Notes under the pieces: model-generated
Told to the model about the DNA's origin: nothing
The model's input: the letters and a program-made list of their open reading frames with translations, nothing else
Databases searched by the model: none
Shown: one piece after another, positions 38,198 to 50,445 of the stretch
Position numbering within the stretch: position 1 is the stretch's first letter
Layout: the number at the start of each line of letters is the position of its first letter
Made by a program: the position numbers and the translations under genes
Assembly: GCA_026770705.1 (NCBI GenBank)
Contig: JANJGN010000006.1
Coordinates: 35,092,001-35,156,000, forward strand
Length of the DNA: 64,000 nucleotides
Source: Isurus oxyrinchus
Taxonomy: Eukaryota
Reading direction: 5' to 3'

Positions 38198-38728
38198 ATG
38201 TTTCCAGGGAGTGTGCACGACTCCTACATCCTCAGTCAGCCACAGGCTCCTGAAGTCTTCCAGGGTCCACAGAAGCTGTGGGGACGGCACTTTGGGAACA
38301 AGGGTCACCCACAGAGCGTGTGGCTGATGACACCCGTGTGGTGGCCTCAGACTGCAGCAGAGCAAAGGTATAATGAGGCTCATGCTGCAACTCACACTTT
38401 GGTGGAGCAAACCATCGGGATGCTGAAAATGAGGTTCCGGTGCCTGGACTGGTCTGGTGGAGCCCTGCATTATAGTCCACAGAGGGTATCACGGATTGTC
38501 ATCGTCTGCTGCGCCCTTTACATGCTTGCTCTGCAACAGGGAGAGGAGCTGGCTGAGGAGGAGTTGGAGTTCTCCTCTGATAAGGACGCCCACAGGGATG
38601 AGGGTGAGGAGGTCCTCGAAGGCAACGATGATGGGGATGAAGCCCTCACACTAGTCAGACGAGGCAGGCACACTCAGGAGGCCCTCATAGCTGCTAGATT
38701 TGGGGATTATGATGACAACATGCAGTGA
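38198..38728 (+). pseudogene. Harbinger transposase C-terminal half
   Basis: FPGSVHDSYIL...GNKGHP...WLMTP...RYNEAHAATHTLVEQTIGMLKMRFRCLD...CCALY. Confidence 0.9.
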
Positions 38729-39251
38729 GGAGACACCATAGATCCTCACATAGCATCTATGACTGTTTGACTCCAGTCTGGCTGAGGGCAGCTCGCTTAC
38801 GCTCTGTGATCAGGGTCAAATCATAGAGATGCAGCCATGAAAGTTTAAAAGCACCTGAGCCCTTCAGGAGCACAGCATCACTGATCACAGATGCTGAAGA
38901 GATGGGGGCCAGCCCCACCTTAAAGGTGCTGAGAGCACAAAGAGAGAATGAGAGAATTCTGTGACTCCTGTCCACTACATTCTGGCAGCAATACAAGCAC
39001 CATTGAGATGCAGGCATCAGTAAGATGTCCAGGGAGCATGAGGCTGGACCATCACTTTGGTCTGAGAGCTGCACAAAGTTTCCTGGACTGAGACACCTGC
39101 CTTTATCTTGTTCAGAAAGGTTTCACATCTGAGTGACAAAAACACAGCTCACTAGAACAAGGAACCATAGGTAGGGAGACATTCTTGGAAGTTTATTGAC
39201 AATAGTGAATAGTACGTACAAGTGATTAATACCCATGCTCAGGCTGTGCAA

Positions 39252-40886
39252 CTACATTTTCTTAAATTTTCTAACCCTGCCACTACGTCTTGGTGTTCCC
39301 CAGACATCCACAGCATAGATGGAGGCAGCTTGCTGACTACTACATCCTGTCTGTGATGACCTTGACAGGCATACTCTGGAGGACCCAGACCTGGAGGGCC
39401 CTGGCCTGCTTTCAGGGTCCTGCTGTGTGGCAGTGGCACCCTCCTCAGCCTGTGGAGTTCGAGCTACTGAGGTCATAGGAAGAGGGGATTCGGATGGGCC
39501 CGTCACTCCTGGAGTCACCTGGATGGATGGCTCCCAGGGGTAAACCTGCTGACCCTCCTTCCTATGGGTGCCCAAGGGCCCCTGGCTGGCTCCTTGATGA
39601 GAAGGGGTAGCTGGAATGAAATCGAGCTGTTGGAGGACAATGATGCTGTCAGTTATAGAGTTGAGCCCGTGCAGCAGTGCAGGACCAATGTCCTGGACTA
39701 AGGTCTCTATGGTAGCTGCCACCCTACCAGTATTGACCTTGGTATGTTGGCATGCTGGTGCAATCACCTCAGCCAGAAGGTGGATGGACTCCTCCACTGT
39801 GCCTTGCAATCTGAGGAGTGCAGCAGACATCCCTTCCTGATGTTCCCGAGCTTGCCTTTGCAGCTCCAGCAACTGTGACATGAACGAGTCCAGAGGCTTA
39901 TCACCGGTCTCGGATTCAGCAAATTTCTGGACTCCAGCAGTCCTCCGAGTGCCGGACACCTGGGAAGTCCCTGCACCCGCCTGTTGTAGATCAGACTGTG
40001 CCAAGTACTCACCAGATTGTGATCTCAAGGCTACTGTAAATTGACGTCCCACCGAAGTGTATGCCTTTGTGCTGGTGGAGGGTGTGGGTGAGTACTGTAA
40101 TGGGGCTTCAGGGAGGGTGCCTCCAGTTTCCTTTTCAGAGGTATTTTCAGGACTTGATTGGAGGCTCGTGGACTTTGTCAACTGTTTCCCAGATGTGCCT
40201 GCGGAATCAAGGGGAGCTAATTAATGTACAGCAGTGGCCTGTGAAAAGGAACACATCACTCACAGCATGGTTGTCTGATGGGTGTTGCATTGCTGGACTT
40301 GGTAGAGCACTGCCAACCTCACCGTCAGCACAGGAACGGTCCAGATCCTCACCGGCCAACTGGACAGCTGTTTTCAAAGTCCGTGAGAACCTTGATTTCA
40401 GGCATTCCTCCACCCGTCGGCGACCTCTCCCTCTTGTTGTGTGCCAGCTTGTCCTGCAGAATAGAGAGAGTGTAAACAGGATGCCTGCTAGGGCAGATGA
40501 TAAGCATGCCTGGCATGTGTGGGTGGTTGAGTGGTCCCATGGATGGGACGAAGACAATGAAGATGTGTGGGAGAGAGTGAATGGTGATACCCCTTGAACT
40601 GGCAGTGAGTGAGGGCCCTGTGGATGCGTGGTGGGTTTGTGAGTGTGAGATTTGAGAGTCATGGCAGAATGGAGGAGATCATTCATCCTCCAGTGGCACT
40701 TTTGCAGGGCGTTAGTGCTGACCACTGCTGTCACCGCCATCCAAGCTGGATTAGTGAGGTTGCTGCCCATCCTGCAGCCAGAGCGGGCATAGAGGACATC
40801 ACAGCGAGCCTCCGCTGCATCCAAAAGGTGATGGATGAATGTTTCATAGAACTAGCGGACTGCAGTCTTTTGCCTTTCGGGGCCAT
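39252..40886 (-). pseudogene. Harbinger Myb/SANT-partner gene: exon 1 damaged, exon 2 about 40453-40264, exon 3 40198-39252 still open
   Basis: DAAEARCDVLY...PAWMAVTAVVS...RMNDLL; DKLAHNKRERSPTGGG; a 309-aa open stretch with coiled-coil-like LLELQRQAREHQEGMSAALLRLQ and C-terminal RRSGRVRKFKKM. Confidence 0.85.
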
Positions 40887-41319
40887 GTCTTCTTTGCGGC
40901 AGTCGTGGGCTGGAAACACTGAGAGATGCGCTCGGCATGCTGAAGCGGCGAGGTGATGGCATGATGGGCGAATGAAAGCCCGCCCACCATGGAAACGGCG
41001 TGTTTCCCAGGAATGCATAATTAATGCGGAGGGTCTGGGACGATACGTGTGAGAACTCACCATTGCGGCCAGCGGGTAAAACGTCGTTTTACCCGTCAGC
41101 TACTGTACTTCATGCAAATCTAGGCCAATTCCGCCCTAAATCTGCGGAGAAGTAACAGAGCAGCTCCACATCAAAGGCTTTGTTTGATGGCTGTTGAAGG
41201 GGAGATGCCAGCATATGAGGTGGTTACAGGGGAGATGTTTCTATTCTTTGCTCCAGACCACCTTCTCCATAGGTCAGCATTACTGAGTAAACTGGAAGGA
41301 GATCTGAAGCAGTAACTGA

Positions 41320-41525
41320 AAATTACCCAGAGTTATTGGAATTTGGAATGCACTGTCTGAAAGGGTAGTGGAAGCAGATTCAATAGTAACTATCAAAAGG
41401 GAATTGGATAGAAAATAAATGCAGAGTAGGGGGAAAGAGCAGTGGAGTGGGATTATTGGATATCTCTTTCAAAAAGCTGGCACGATGGGCTGAATGGTCT
41501 CTTTCTGTACCGTATGATTCGATGA
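41320..41525 (+). mobile_element. CR1 3' end
   Basis: TGGAATGCACTGTCTGAAAGGGTAGTGGAAGCAG...GATGGGCTGAATGGTCTCTTTCTGTACCGTATGATTC. Confidence 0.8.
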
Positions 41526-41829
41526 ATATATGATTGTTACTGACCATACCACGCCGATGCATGACAACTGCAGATGTTCTTGCGACATATGGCATCCGGC
41601 TCCCTGCTGGCCCAGAACCTGTAAAGCCAGTTCTACATGGCTGTTGTTAGATAGGAATGCCAAGATCTGCAGACATGGCTGATGCCATTATGATATATGT
41701 AGCTGATTAAGCTGTAATTGTGGACACCCTGGCCTGTCTTGTCTCATCAATACCATTTAAAGTATGCAATACTGTGAGTGGGGTGCTTCCTAGTGCACAA
41801 CAGGAATAAGCATCTCTGCATCCTAGATG

Positions 41830-42100
41830 TAGGTGGACTGTCCAAAAAGAGAGGACTATACCCCACCTCATATAATCAGGATCTATAAACTTAGTGATTT
41901 CTTCCTGATGCAGCCTCGTCTGACACAGATCCAGAGCCTCATCATTGGAGGTAGCAATATATCTGACCATTCACCTACCGCTCTCCACCTAATACCAGAC
42001 GACTTAACTCCATCCTCCACACTGGCATGTCAGAACCTTCCCCTTTGATGCCCCAAATTCATAGCCTCCATTTGCATCTGGCTTACTCAATTTATTTGAC
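41830..42100 (+). mobile_element. L1/Tx1-like APE endonuclease C-terminal relic
   Basis: REDYT..PH....DFFL.....IIGGSNISDHSPTALHL resembles the RIDFFL...SDH motif. Confidence 0.5.
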
Positions 42101-42479
42101 AATGTGAGCCCTGAAACTTCCCTGATATTTCTGCGGGAAAATGTAAGTTCCCCCAAAGGGACCAGGAAGAAAGAATGGGTGAACTAGAAACTTAGCATAA
42201 AATGTTCCTGAAGGCACTGTTGGCAGGGCCAAGACAGCAAGATCTGACACCTTCTGCAACAAATGTGGCTGAAGCATATTATGGGCATTTATGGGACAGG
42301 GAAAGCAATATATGGACTACATATGGAGCTGGAAAAAACATCCTGTAGGCCACTCTACATCCATCCTAAACTTCCATGGTTATACCTGCCCCAGGACTAT
42401 CTTCTGTAGAGACGTTCCTCTGCAAAATTCCAAAGCAGCTACTCCACTACTGTGGAGTAACTCACCTTCCCAACGCAAA

Positions 42480-42790
42480 CACATATAGAATACGTAGGCA
42501 GCACAGGTCATATGAGGATGACCCTGAGGAGTTGTGTACAAGAAAAGGGCACTTCACTGAAGAAGCAACAGAACAGCTCTGTTACCTACTTTAGGAAGTC
42601 CTGCAGCTACACTCGTGTGCCTGCACTGCTCTCTTTGTGCCTATGAAAGTGACCACCACACTCTTTATGGTTCAGTCTCATTTCAGACAGCTACTTGCAA
42701 TCTCTGCATTTATCAGGTCACTGATGCCCTTTACAGGAAATGTGGGAAATTCATAACCTTTGACATGACAATACAGCAGAGTCACTCACT
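42480..42790 (+). pseudogene. Ancient Harbinger transposase N-terminal relic
   Basis: TALFVPMKVTT / YGSVSFQT...CIYQVTDALYRKCGKFITF is homologous to VTVALNFxASGSFQ...CIKEVTDALYRK. Confidence 0.6.
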
Positions 42791-42819
42791 TTCCCAGAGT
42801 CTTGGTGGTGGTATGTTAC

Positions 42820-43245
42820 ATAGAAACACAGCACAATAACAGGTCACTTGGTGCAATAGGACTATAACAGTATTTTGGTTCCACAAGAACTTCCTCCTAA
42901 CCTGCTTCATCTCAGCTAATCAGCATTGCCTTCTAGTTACCATGTAATATAAGGCTTCTCCTTAAATTCTCTAGCCCATTTGCCTCAACTACTTTATTTG
43001 GCAGCAAGTTCCACAATCTAACCACTCTCTTGATAATGAAGTTTCCTCTGAATTCCTTATTGGATCCTAGCTAACTCTTTCTAAATGTCATAATTTCAGC
43101 CGGTAACTAAATCAGCTGGTTTCAGAAACAGTTTGGATTCTCCCAAAAGTGGAAACATATTTTCTGCATATACCCAATGAAACCAATTCATAATTTTAAA
43201 GACTTTTATTAAGTCATCATCGAGCCTTCTCTTTTCTGGAGAAAA
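42820..43245 (-). mobile_element. Decayed CR1 3' fragment
   Basis: CATAGAAACACAGCAC tail; GCAAGTTCCACAATCTAACCACTCTC; similar to 7653-8050. Confidence 0.6.
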
Positions 43246-44763
43246 GAACCATCTGCATCCCCCACCCCCATTCAGTCTTTCAATATGGTTATTTACGGAG
43301 GCAGGGATAAGGGAAATAGCTCTGCATGGCCGTTAAATTTCCGCACTGTGTAATTTATTGTCCACATATTAAATAAAGGATCACTTCAGATTAAGTGGAG
43401 AAGAGGCCCAATCTTAATTCACTCAAAACCCATTCACTTACACAGAGTGAGTGTTGGGCTCCTTCTTTCCTTGGGCTGGACTTTGTGGTCAACAGCAAAG
43501 CTGTTGCTCAAAGAAGACTGCAGACAAGAATATAGCCATTCTACAGTGTGCTTTACCCTTTCCCTACATCACAATGAATCTGGCATCAAGTCAAGCAGAT
43601 TTCTAGGTATCCAATAGCAGTGACATCATCATAGAGGTTAAGTAGCCAATTACATTGAAGTATTGTCACAGACAGCAAATAGGAAGACTGCTGAATCTCT
43701 TCACTTATTACTTTACATTTTATACATAGCAAAATAAATGTATCCTCCATAGTCAGCCACCAAGTTTATAATATGTACAGTCCTCAGAAGCCATGCAATA
43801 GCAATGGGAATTCTTTTAAGTGCAATTGGAAAAATAGAATCCTCTAACAACCTATTAAAACTGTAATTCAACCACACAGCTATGGATAATGCAAACAATC
43901 TTTATTCTCACTGAAAAAATAAATCTGCTTAAGTGTTGTGAAAGCAAACATTTCTTCTGAAACCACGTTAATGTTGATAATACACTGATAATATTATAAC
44001 AATCTCTCAAAGCTGTGAATCAAACCAAATACTTCCTCTGAACAACTGTGTCAATAGACCATTTGCTGAGCTCAGGCCCCAGCTGCTTTTGAAACTAAGC
44101 CAAGCACTCATAATGGCCACTGCTATCAGAAGAAAACTGCAGGTCCAGACAATGAAACTGAAAAACCAGATGGTGTGTTTTCCATTTCAAAGCAGAATGT
44201 CAGCCAATGAATGGAGTGGACAGGTGGTTAGATTTTTTTTTAACTTTCAATTTTTTTGCAAAGTTAAAGATCTTTGGACATCTAAATCACAGTCAAAAAT
44301 ATTACAGAATGGTTTCCCAGCACAGTTTTCTATGGTTCTGAATGCATTATGGCATTTCTTCCAGTGAGAAAAGCATTCAAATGCACCTTAACACATGAAC
44401 AATGCTGCTTAATGTAATGGTTAAATTCATTGCAGTTAAAACACATCCACATTATAATATAGCAACTAATAGTGATATCTGAAGTTGTCAAGACATTTAA
44501 TACTTACCAGTAAGAATGTTTTTGATTGCTCAGCAGGCTTCCCCCAGTGGGCACAAACTCTCCAATGAGATGGGGTTTTTTTGCGCTTCCAAAACCAAAT
44601 TCTAATTTCCTACAGGACTCTCAATAGTTACCCTGACCTCAGGAGAGGTGCTTGCGGGATTGTGACTCAGGCTTTCCTGACTAACAAGAAGGTCACACCC
44701 AAATAGTGTGGTGTCAGGAATGCACTGCAAATTTGAAATTACTACACTATGTTCAAAGATTAT

Positions 44764-45925
44764 GGGCTGTAGCTCCTGAGCTTCAGGGCAGTGTATCTGG
44801 GGGGTACCCCAAAGATGCGCTGGGGAACACCCCCCTCTGCAAGTTCCCAGCTAAGGATTGCATGGCAATTCCCCAGCAAGTTCAAATTTCCAATGGATAA
44901 TTGCCCTGCACTCGGAACCATCCGAAAATGTGATTTAAATTGCAAACTTCTGATGGTTCCGATTGTGTTATTGCAATGGTTACCCCGAAACATTTAGAAG
45001 AATTAAAACCACTTCTAGCCTCTGGGTAACTATTGTATTGACTTTTCCAGACCCCCATGAGACTCCTCCCATGCCCTCAAACCCCCATGGGGCTCTCCTA
45101 AACCCAATAACCTCCCCAACAGCACACAGGACTCCCCCATCCCCTACTTCTACCCGTCCCCTCCCTAGCTAACACCCCCCAAATCCCCATGGGACTCCTC
45201 CCACCATTCCCCACTACCATGCCACTTCTGACTAACTCCTCTGACCTCCAACAGAGCTCATCCCAACCCTCCACTAATACCTCCAACACCCCATGGGGTA
45301 CATTCACCACCGCCCCCGCCCCCCCAGCCCCGCCGACCCCCACATGGGACACCACAACCCCCAAGGGACTACCCTATTCTTACCCCCCCAGGCCCAACTC
45401 CTGACCCCCCAACGCCTGACTCCTGACCCTCCCCCTCCACCCAGCCCAATTCCTAACACCACTCCCCACCTCCCCAACCCAGGCCTGACTCCTGACCTCC
45501 CCATCCCCACATCCAGGCTCGACTCCCGACCCTTCCCCATTCCCAGCCTGACACCACACCCCTCACCCCCAGGCCTGACTCCTGAACGACCCAGCCCCCC
45601 ACCCCCCCTTCCCCCCCTCGACCGACTGACAAGCTTGCCTTATACACTTACCTTCTCTCTGGCTCGTCAAAGACCTTTAAACGTGACTGGATCTTTAAAC
45701 TTACCTGGTTTATTGCAGCTTGTGCTGTACAATAGTGGGCGTGGCTTACTTATCTGTGACTCTAAAGTACTTGACTGTTGGCCCAGGGAGTGCGCTGCAT
45801 TACACAGATCTCACCTGGCCTGAGTCAAAAGGTCAGGCAAGATAGGATCGTCTGGATTTCCAGGTAGGTAATTTCAAGCGGAGCGGCAATCTGACTCAGT
45901 TGCAGTCCATCGGAAGTTATGGCTC
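44764..45925 (+). mobile_element. MITE-like element with internal C-rich tandem units
   Basis: Imperfect termini GGGCTGTAGCTCC and GGAAGTTATGGCTC. CCAGGCCTGACTCCTGA units at 45390-45590. A partial reverse copy lies at 46795-47244. Confidence 0.55.
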
Positions 45926-46659
45926 TTTGTCATTCTCGGCCCCATTTGCCTTGGTCATCTGACAAAAATCTGGCTCTAGAAGTTGCTGTCAGTTTCAGAG
46001 GAGTAATGACTCTGAATGCTGACTGTTTCACCATCAGTACCGCCACACAACCTGGGCCATTAATGTTCTTTTCCTCAGTGTAAACCTCATCATTCAGAAA
46101 TGTTCTTGTATTCATAAAGTTTGAAAACATTACAATCAAGTTGGCTGAACTGTCATGTCACAAGACTTTAGATACTGAATCTCATCTTTAAGATTACCTT
46201 CTGTCGATTGCTAAGCTACACTCATGCAATATGATATTAAAGGTTTTAATAGGGTCTTAATACTAATACCAAAATATTTATGGAAACAGCACCTTTCGAA
46301 GGCCTGTGAATTTGGGATGACAAGTTTCAGTGAGCATTTCAGTCACTATCCAAACATTTCTTCTTTCAAATAAATCACGACCACAATCTATTATATTATT
46401 GAATTTTGTAGTCAGTGGCGAAGGAACTACACTCAGCATTCATCTTGAAAAACGCTGCTTACAAAGTTTTAGCAGGCTCCAGAGATCAGACTTCTTTTCT
46501 GATGTCAGTTTGAATTCAGCACCTTCTACATGCATTCCATGGTATCTAGCAACGGGGCAGTCAGCAGGTATACTGATCGCTCAGTCAGATTGTAGAATGC
46601 TCACCGACCACAAACCAAATGTAAAAAGAAGGGATTATAAAATTGCCTTGAGAGGATAG

Positions 46660-46794
46660 TTAATGCAGGGGAAGGCACTGGTTGGATTCCATTTGGAGTA
46701 CTGTGCACGATTCTGGTCTCTATAATTACGGAGGTGCATGGAAGTACTGGAGCAGGTGCAGAGGAGATTTGCAGAGATGATCCAGGAACTGAGA
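46660..46794 (+). mobile_element. CR1 fragment
   Basis: HLEYCARFWSL and LEQVQRRFAEMIQELR motifs. Confidence 0.7.
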
Positions 46795-47244
46795 CGGGTG
46801 GGTGATCAGGTGATTGGAGGGGTAGCTGGGTCAGGGAGGAGTTGTCAGGTAGTTCACCAGGGAGTCGGGGGCCAGGCAGGGGGATGGGGGGTTTTGTGGC
46901 GGGGGGTGGGGGGGGGGGGGGGGGGGGGCGGTGCGGGTGTATGTGGGGTGGCGGGGATGGTGGTATGGGTCAGTAGTACAATTACCCAGGAGTTAAGACT
47001 GGTCATAATCCTTGTAACTTTTCTTGGGTAACTATTTTGCTAAACGAGTCAGAACCATTTGAAGTCCCTGACTTTAACTCAGAGTTTCAGAGGGTTCCAG
47101 ATGTAAGGGAATTGCCCATCAGAAGTCCAAACTTCCTGGGCAATTCCCAGGTAATCATTGTGTTGGGACTTCTGAGGGGTCCCCCAGCGCATCTTGGGGA
47201 GTATGTCTGGGGTACAACCATCTGGAGGTCAGAATTTCTGAGCC
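46795..47244 (-). mobile_element. Partial reverse copy of the 44764 MITE family
   Basis: Shares TTACCCAG, GGGAATTGCC, GGCAATTCCC and GGGGTAC blocks; ends AGAATTTCTGAGCC. Confidence 0.55.
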
Positions 47245-47618
47245 AATGAATACCAATTCATGCAGGTGGAGTTTTGTGAGGAGATGTGGGACGGGGCTCA
47301 TAAGGACCATAAACACTGATATATACCAGTTGAGTTGAATGGCTTGTTTATATGTTGTAAAATTGGATGTAATTACACTTAAAGCATTGTATTGAGAGCA
47401 AAATAAAGTTTGAAACATACTCAGGGAATTAAGGGAGAAAGTCAAACAACAAAATGCAAACCAAATTTTAAAAAAATCAGTAACACATTCAATTTCTTCT
47501 GAGGGAATGAGACTCCACAAGTAAAATTAATTTTTCAGGGCAAGTGTGATTGTTCAGTATTAATTAAGACTTACTATGCTGTTTGCATAGAGCTTGAGTA
47601 TTGCTGAAAAAAGACATT

Positions 47619-47654
47619 TTGTCAAAGCTTTTTATCTCGCACTCATCAGGACAA
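47619..47654 (-). ncRNA. Decayed minimal hammerhead ribozyme in the pLTR
   Basis: TTGTC-CTGATGA-GTGCGAGAT-AAAA-AGCT-TT-GACAA; the GAAA and UC positions are mutated at CpGs. Confidence 0.65.
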
Positions 47655-48397
47655 TCACAACAATACAATGACAGGAGAAGCAACAACTTTATACTGTATG
47701 AAAAGAGAGTGCTGATGGGTTGGCAAGTGGACTCTGAGTGGTAGAGGTATTGCCATGGAGAATGCACCAGTTAATGATGATTGACAGTTAACTACCAAGC
47801 ATTGTTTGAAATTTTAAACCAGGCAGCTTGACTCTGGTCAAGACATTGTCCCAAGGAATGAACCAGCGAATGACTATTACCTATTTTGTTTAGCTGAAAC
47901 TGGTGCAATGTTTGTACATGTTCCTTCTGTCTGTAAAGAACAAGGCCCTAAGTGTTAATATATATAGCTTCCAGTACACGCAAATGCGCCACATTGCGAG
48001 CCCAACTGACAATCTTAAATTGGGTGTCAGCTTAATTTTTTGCACACTGAGGATTATTTAGCAAATGTTGTCTGAACGCGGAATCATATCACAGTGTCCA
48101 ACATTATAAGCTATGCAGACAGAAAGAAGTTGTGCACACATTGCGCCTGTGTCAGCTGAACAAAGTAAGTGATAGCCATTCGTTGGGTCATTCCTTGGGG
48201 CAATGCCTTGACTAATCAGTCAATCTGTACGGTTTAAAATTTCAAACAATCCTTGGCTGTTAACTGTCAGTCACCTTTAACTGTTACATTCTCCATGGCA
48301 ATGTCTCTACGAATCAGAGTCCACTTGTCAACAAGTCAGCACTCTCTTCTCATACAGTGTAAAGTTGTTGCTTCCCCTGACATTGATATTCTTCTGA

Positions 48398-48433
48398 TTG
48401 TCCTGATGAGTGCAAGACAAAAAGCTTCAACAA
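48398..48433 (+). ncRNA. Decayed minimal hammerhead ribozyme in the pLTR
   Basis: TTGTC-CTGATGA-GTGCAAGAC-AAAA-AGCT-TC-AACAA; G12 has changed to A. Confidence 0.7.
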
Positions 48434-48725
48434 AATTTCTTTTCTCAGCAATACTTAACTATGGCGATAAAAACTCAGTTGCTCCTGATTGAATAAAGCT
48501 TAAGGTTTTCATCAATTGTTAGAGTGAGAAGCTGATGTCTCAACAGTGACTTCTGTGCAGATTCCATCAGTGAAGACTACGACTGCGCAGACTGTGGAAG
48601 AGCAAAGTATCTCTGACACAACTTCCAGATTTACATTTTCAAAGACTCGTATAAGGGTACCATTAGTTCCAATCAGTTTTGCCCAGAAATGACAGCCTCG
48701 CCATTATTTCTAGAGCAAAATCCAT

Positions 48726-49424
48726 GATCAAGATCTTCCGGTCGGTGAGTGGGGGCGGGGTTTGCTTGCCGACCCATAAAATGATGCGGGATGATGTCAC
48801 CCTGCGTCATTTCCATTTTCAGGTCGGCGGGGGCGCAGCCGAGTCAGCTGTGCACCCACTGACCTGTCAATGGCCTATTGAGGCCATTGAGAAACTAATT
48901 AAGGTCATTAATGGACCTGTCCATCCAACCTTAAGGTTGGCGGGCAGGCCGGGAGCCTTGGTGGGCTTCGGAAAAAGCATGAGGCCTCATCCATGAGGTT
49001 TCATGAGGGTATTTAAATTTTTATCAAATCTTTCAATATATGTTGTGCACATGTCCCAACTCATGTGACAGTGTCACATGAGGGGACATGTCAGGGAAAT
49101 TTTTTTATCATTTAAAAAATTTTAACTCCGAGCTGATCTCCCTGAGGCAGCACTTACCCTCAGGGAGATCAGTACGCTCTGTTGCGTGCATGCGTGAAAG
49201 AGCGCACTCCCGGCTGAGGGAATTCCCCCCCCCCCCCACCCCCCCTCACCCTCCCCCCCCCCCCCCCACCCCCCCAACCTCCCCAGCCTGCATAGGGAGC
49301 TCATAGCACCTCTGCGTGGACATCACGCTGGGCGGGCCATAATTGGCCTGCCCATTTAAAATGGCAGTGCGCCCCTAAATGTCTGCTCCTGCACTTCCCC
49401 CACCATGGGGGGAAAATTTTTCCC
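48726..49424 (+). mobile_element. Harbinger-type MITE, three-hairpin family (copy D)
   Basis: Collinear with copies A and C; right end GGAAAATTTTTCCC; flanked by CAT on both sides. Confidence 0.8.
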
Positions 49425-50281
49425 CATGGGTAGAATTTTTCGCTGAGCGGGTGGGTCTGCGCCCAACCCCCTCGAGCATAAAATATTGTGGGCAAGTGTC
49501 CCGTTGGCATCATGCACTTGTGCGATATTTTGGTTGATGGGTGCATGTGAGTGCTGGAGCTACACCTGCCATTAATTAAGAGGCCAGTTAAGGCCATTAA
49601 AAAGACAACTGATGCTGATTTTTCATTGCCCACACAACTTTGTGTTTGTTACACAGGCAAAACGAGCAGGTGGCCAGCTGACAATCTCAAAAACCTCATC
49701 CACAGGTGGGATAAAAAGGGTTAGCAGCATTGCCAGTGTGAGTAGTGAGGATTTTGGTAGACTGCTTGCTTCTAGTGACTTATTGATATATGGCAGCTTC
49801 ATCTCTGTTCGGGGATTCACTGTTAGCATTTCCAGGCTTCATTTCAGGACTTCTTGGTGTCTCCAAAGACCCCGGAGAATTCAGACCGTGTGGACCCTTC
49901 CAGGTATCAAACAGCCTTCCATTACCTTGGTAATGGGGAATGTGGCCTCTGCTGGTGGCACCTCCTCTGAGGAGAAAGAGAAGGGCAGAAGGGAGAGGAG
50001 GCCTGGTGTCCCTATGCAGCTTCCAGGGGAGGGACCTGTGGGAAGAGAAGCACAGGCACTGGGGGTGCAGGGCCAGGAGGTAGTCCAAGGCGTTAGGGGC
50101 TGCAGAACATGCCATTATCCTGCTGCCAGGGTTTACAGGTGGCAATGCAGCTACCTCAATATGTCTGAGATGCAAAGCCAAAGGAGGCTCCGCCTCTCAA
50201 GAAAGACAGTGACATCCATTTCAAAAACAGAATTACCTGGAAAAACTCAGCAGGTCTGGCAGCATCGGCGGAGAAGAAAAG

Positions 50282-50320
50282 AGTTGACGTTTCGAGTCTT
50301 CATGACCCTTCGACAGAACT
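50282..50320 (-). ncRNA. Hammerhead-like motif (CUGUCGA variant), left arm
   Basis: Exact reverse complement of 50407-50445. Confidence 0.65.
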
Positions 50321-50406
50321 TGATTTCGAGTCCAGGAAAGAGTTGAAATATAAGCTGGTTTAAGGTGTCCAGCTTATATTTCAACTCTTTCCTGGACTCG
50401 AAATCA

Positions 50407-50445
50407 AGTTCTGTCGAAGGGTCATGAAGACTCGAAACGTCAACT
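50407..50445 (+). ncRNA. Hammerhead-like motif (CUGUCGA variant), right arm
   Basis: AGTT-CTGTCGA-A-GGGTC-ATGAA-GACTC-GAAA-CG-TC-AACT; the predicted cleavage is after GUC at 50441. Confidence 0.65.

Larger units (their letters stand above)
38195..41136 (+). mobile_element. Harbinger H3, left-truncated
   Basis: Right TIR ...AATTCCGCCC ends at 41136 and is followed by TAA, the canonical Harbinger target. Transposase and Myb-partner genes are convergent. Confidence 0.85.
47595..48458 (-). mobile_element. 5'-truncated Penelope-like element with inverted pLTRs (~340-bp arms) around a GIY-YIG C-terminal fragment
   Basis: 47595-47935 is the diverged reverse complement of about 48113-48458. The middle reads (-) DSAFRQHLLNNPQCAKN*ADTQFKIVSWARNVAHLRVLEAIYINT*GLVLYRQKEHVQTL, the same family as 13575. 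Confidence 0.85.

Noticed and set aside
46895-46930. Long G/C homopolymers as functional G-quadruplexes (also about 3115, 6700, 49225)
   Set aside because: They lie mostly inside MITE low-complexity tracts, and homopolymer length is error-prone.
49612-50346. 244-aa ORF as an intact gene
   Set aside because: It is a chance fusion of the transposase N-terminus with the fold-back insertion.
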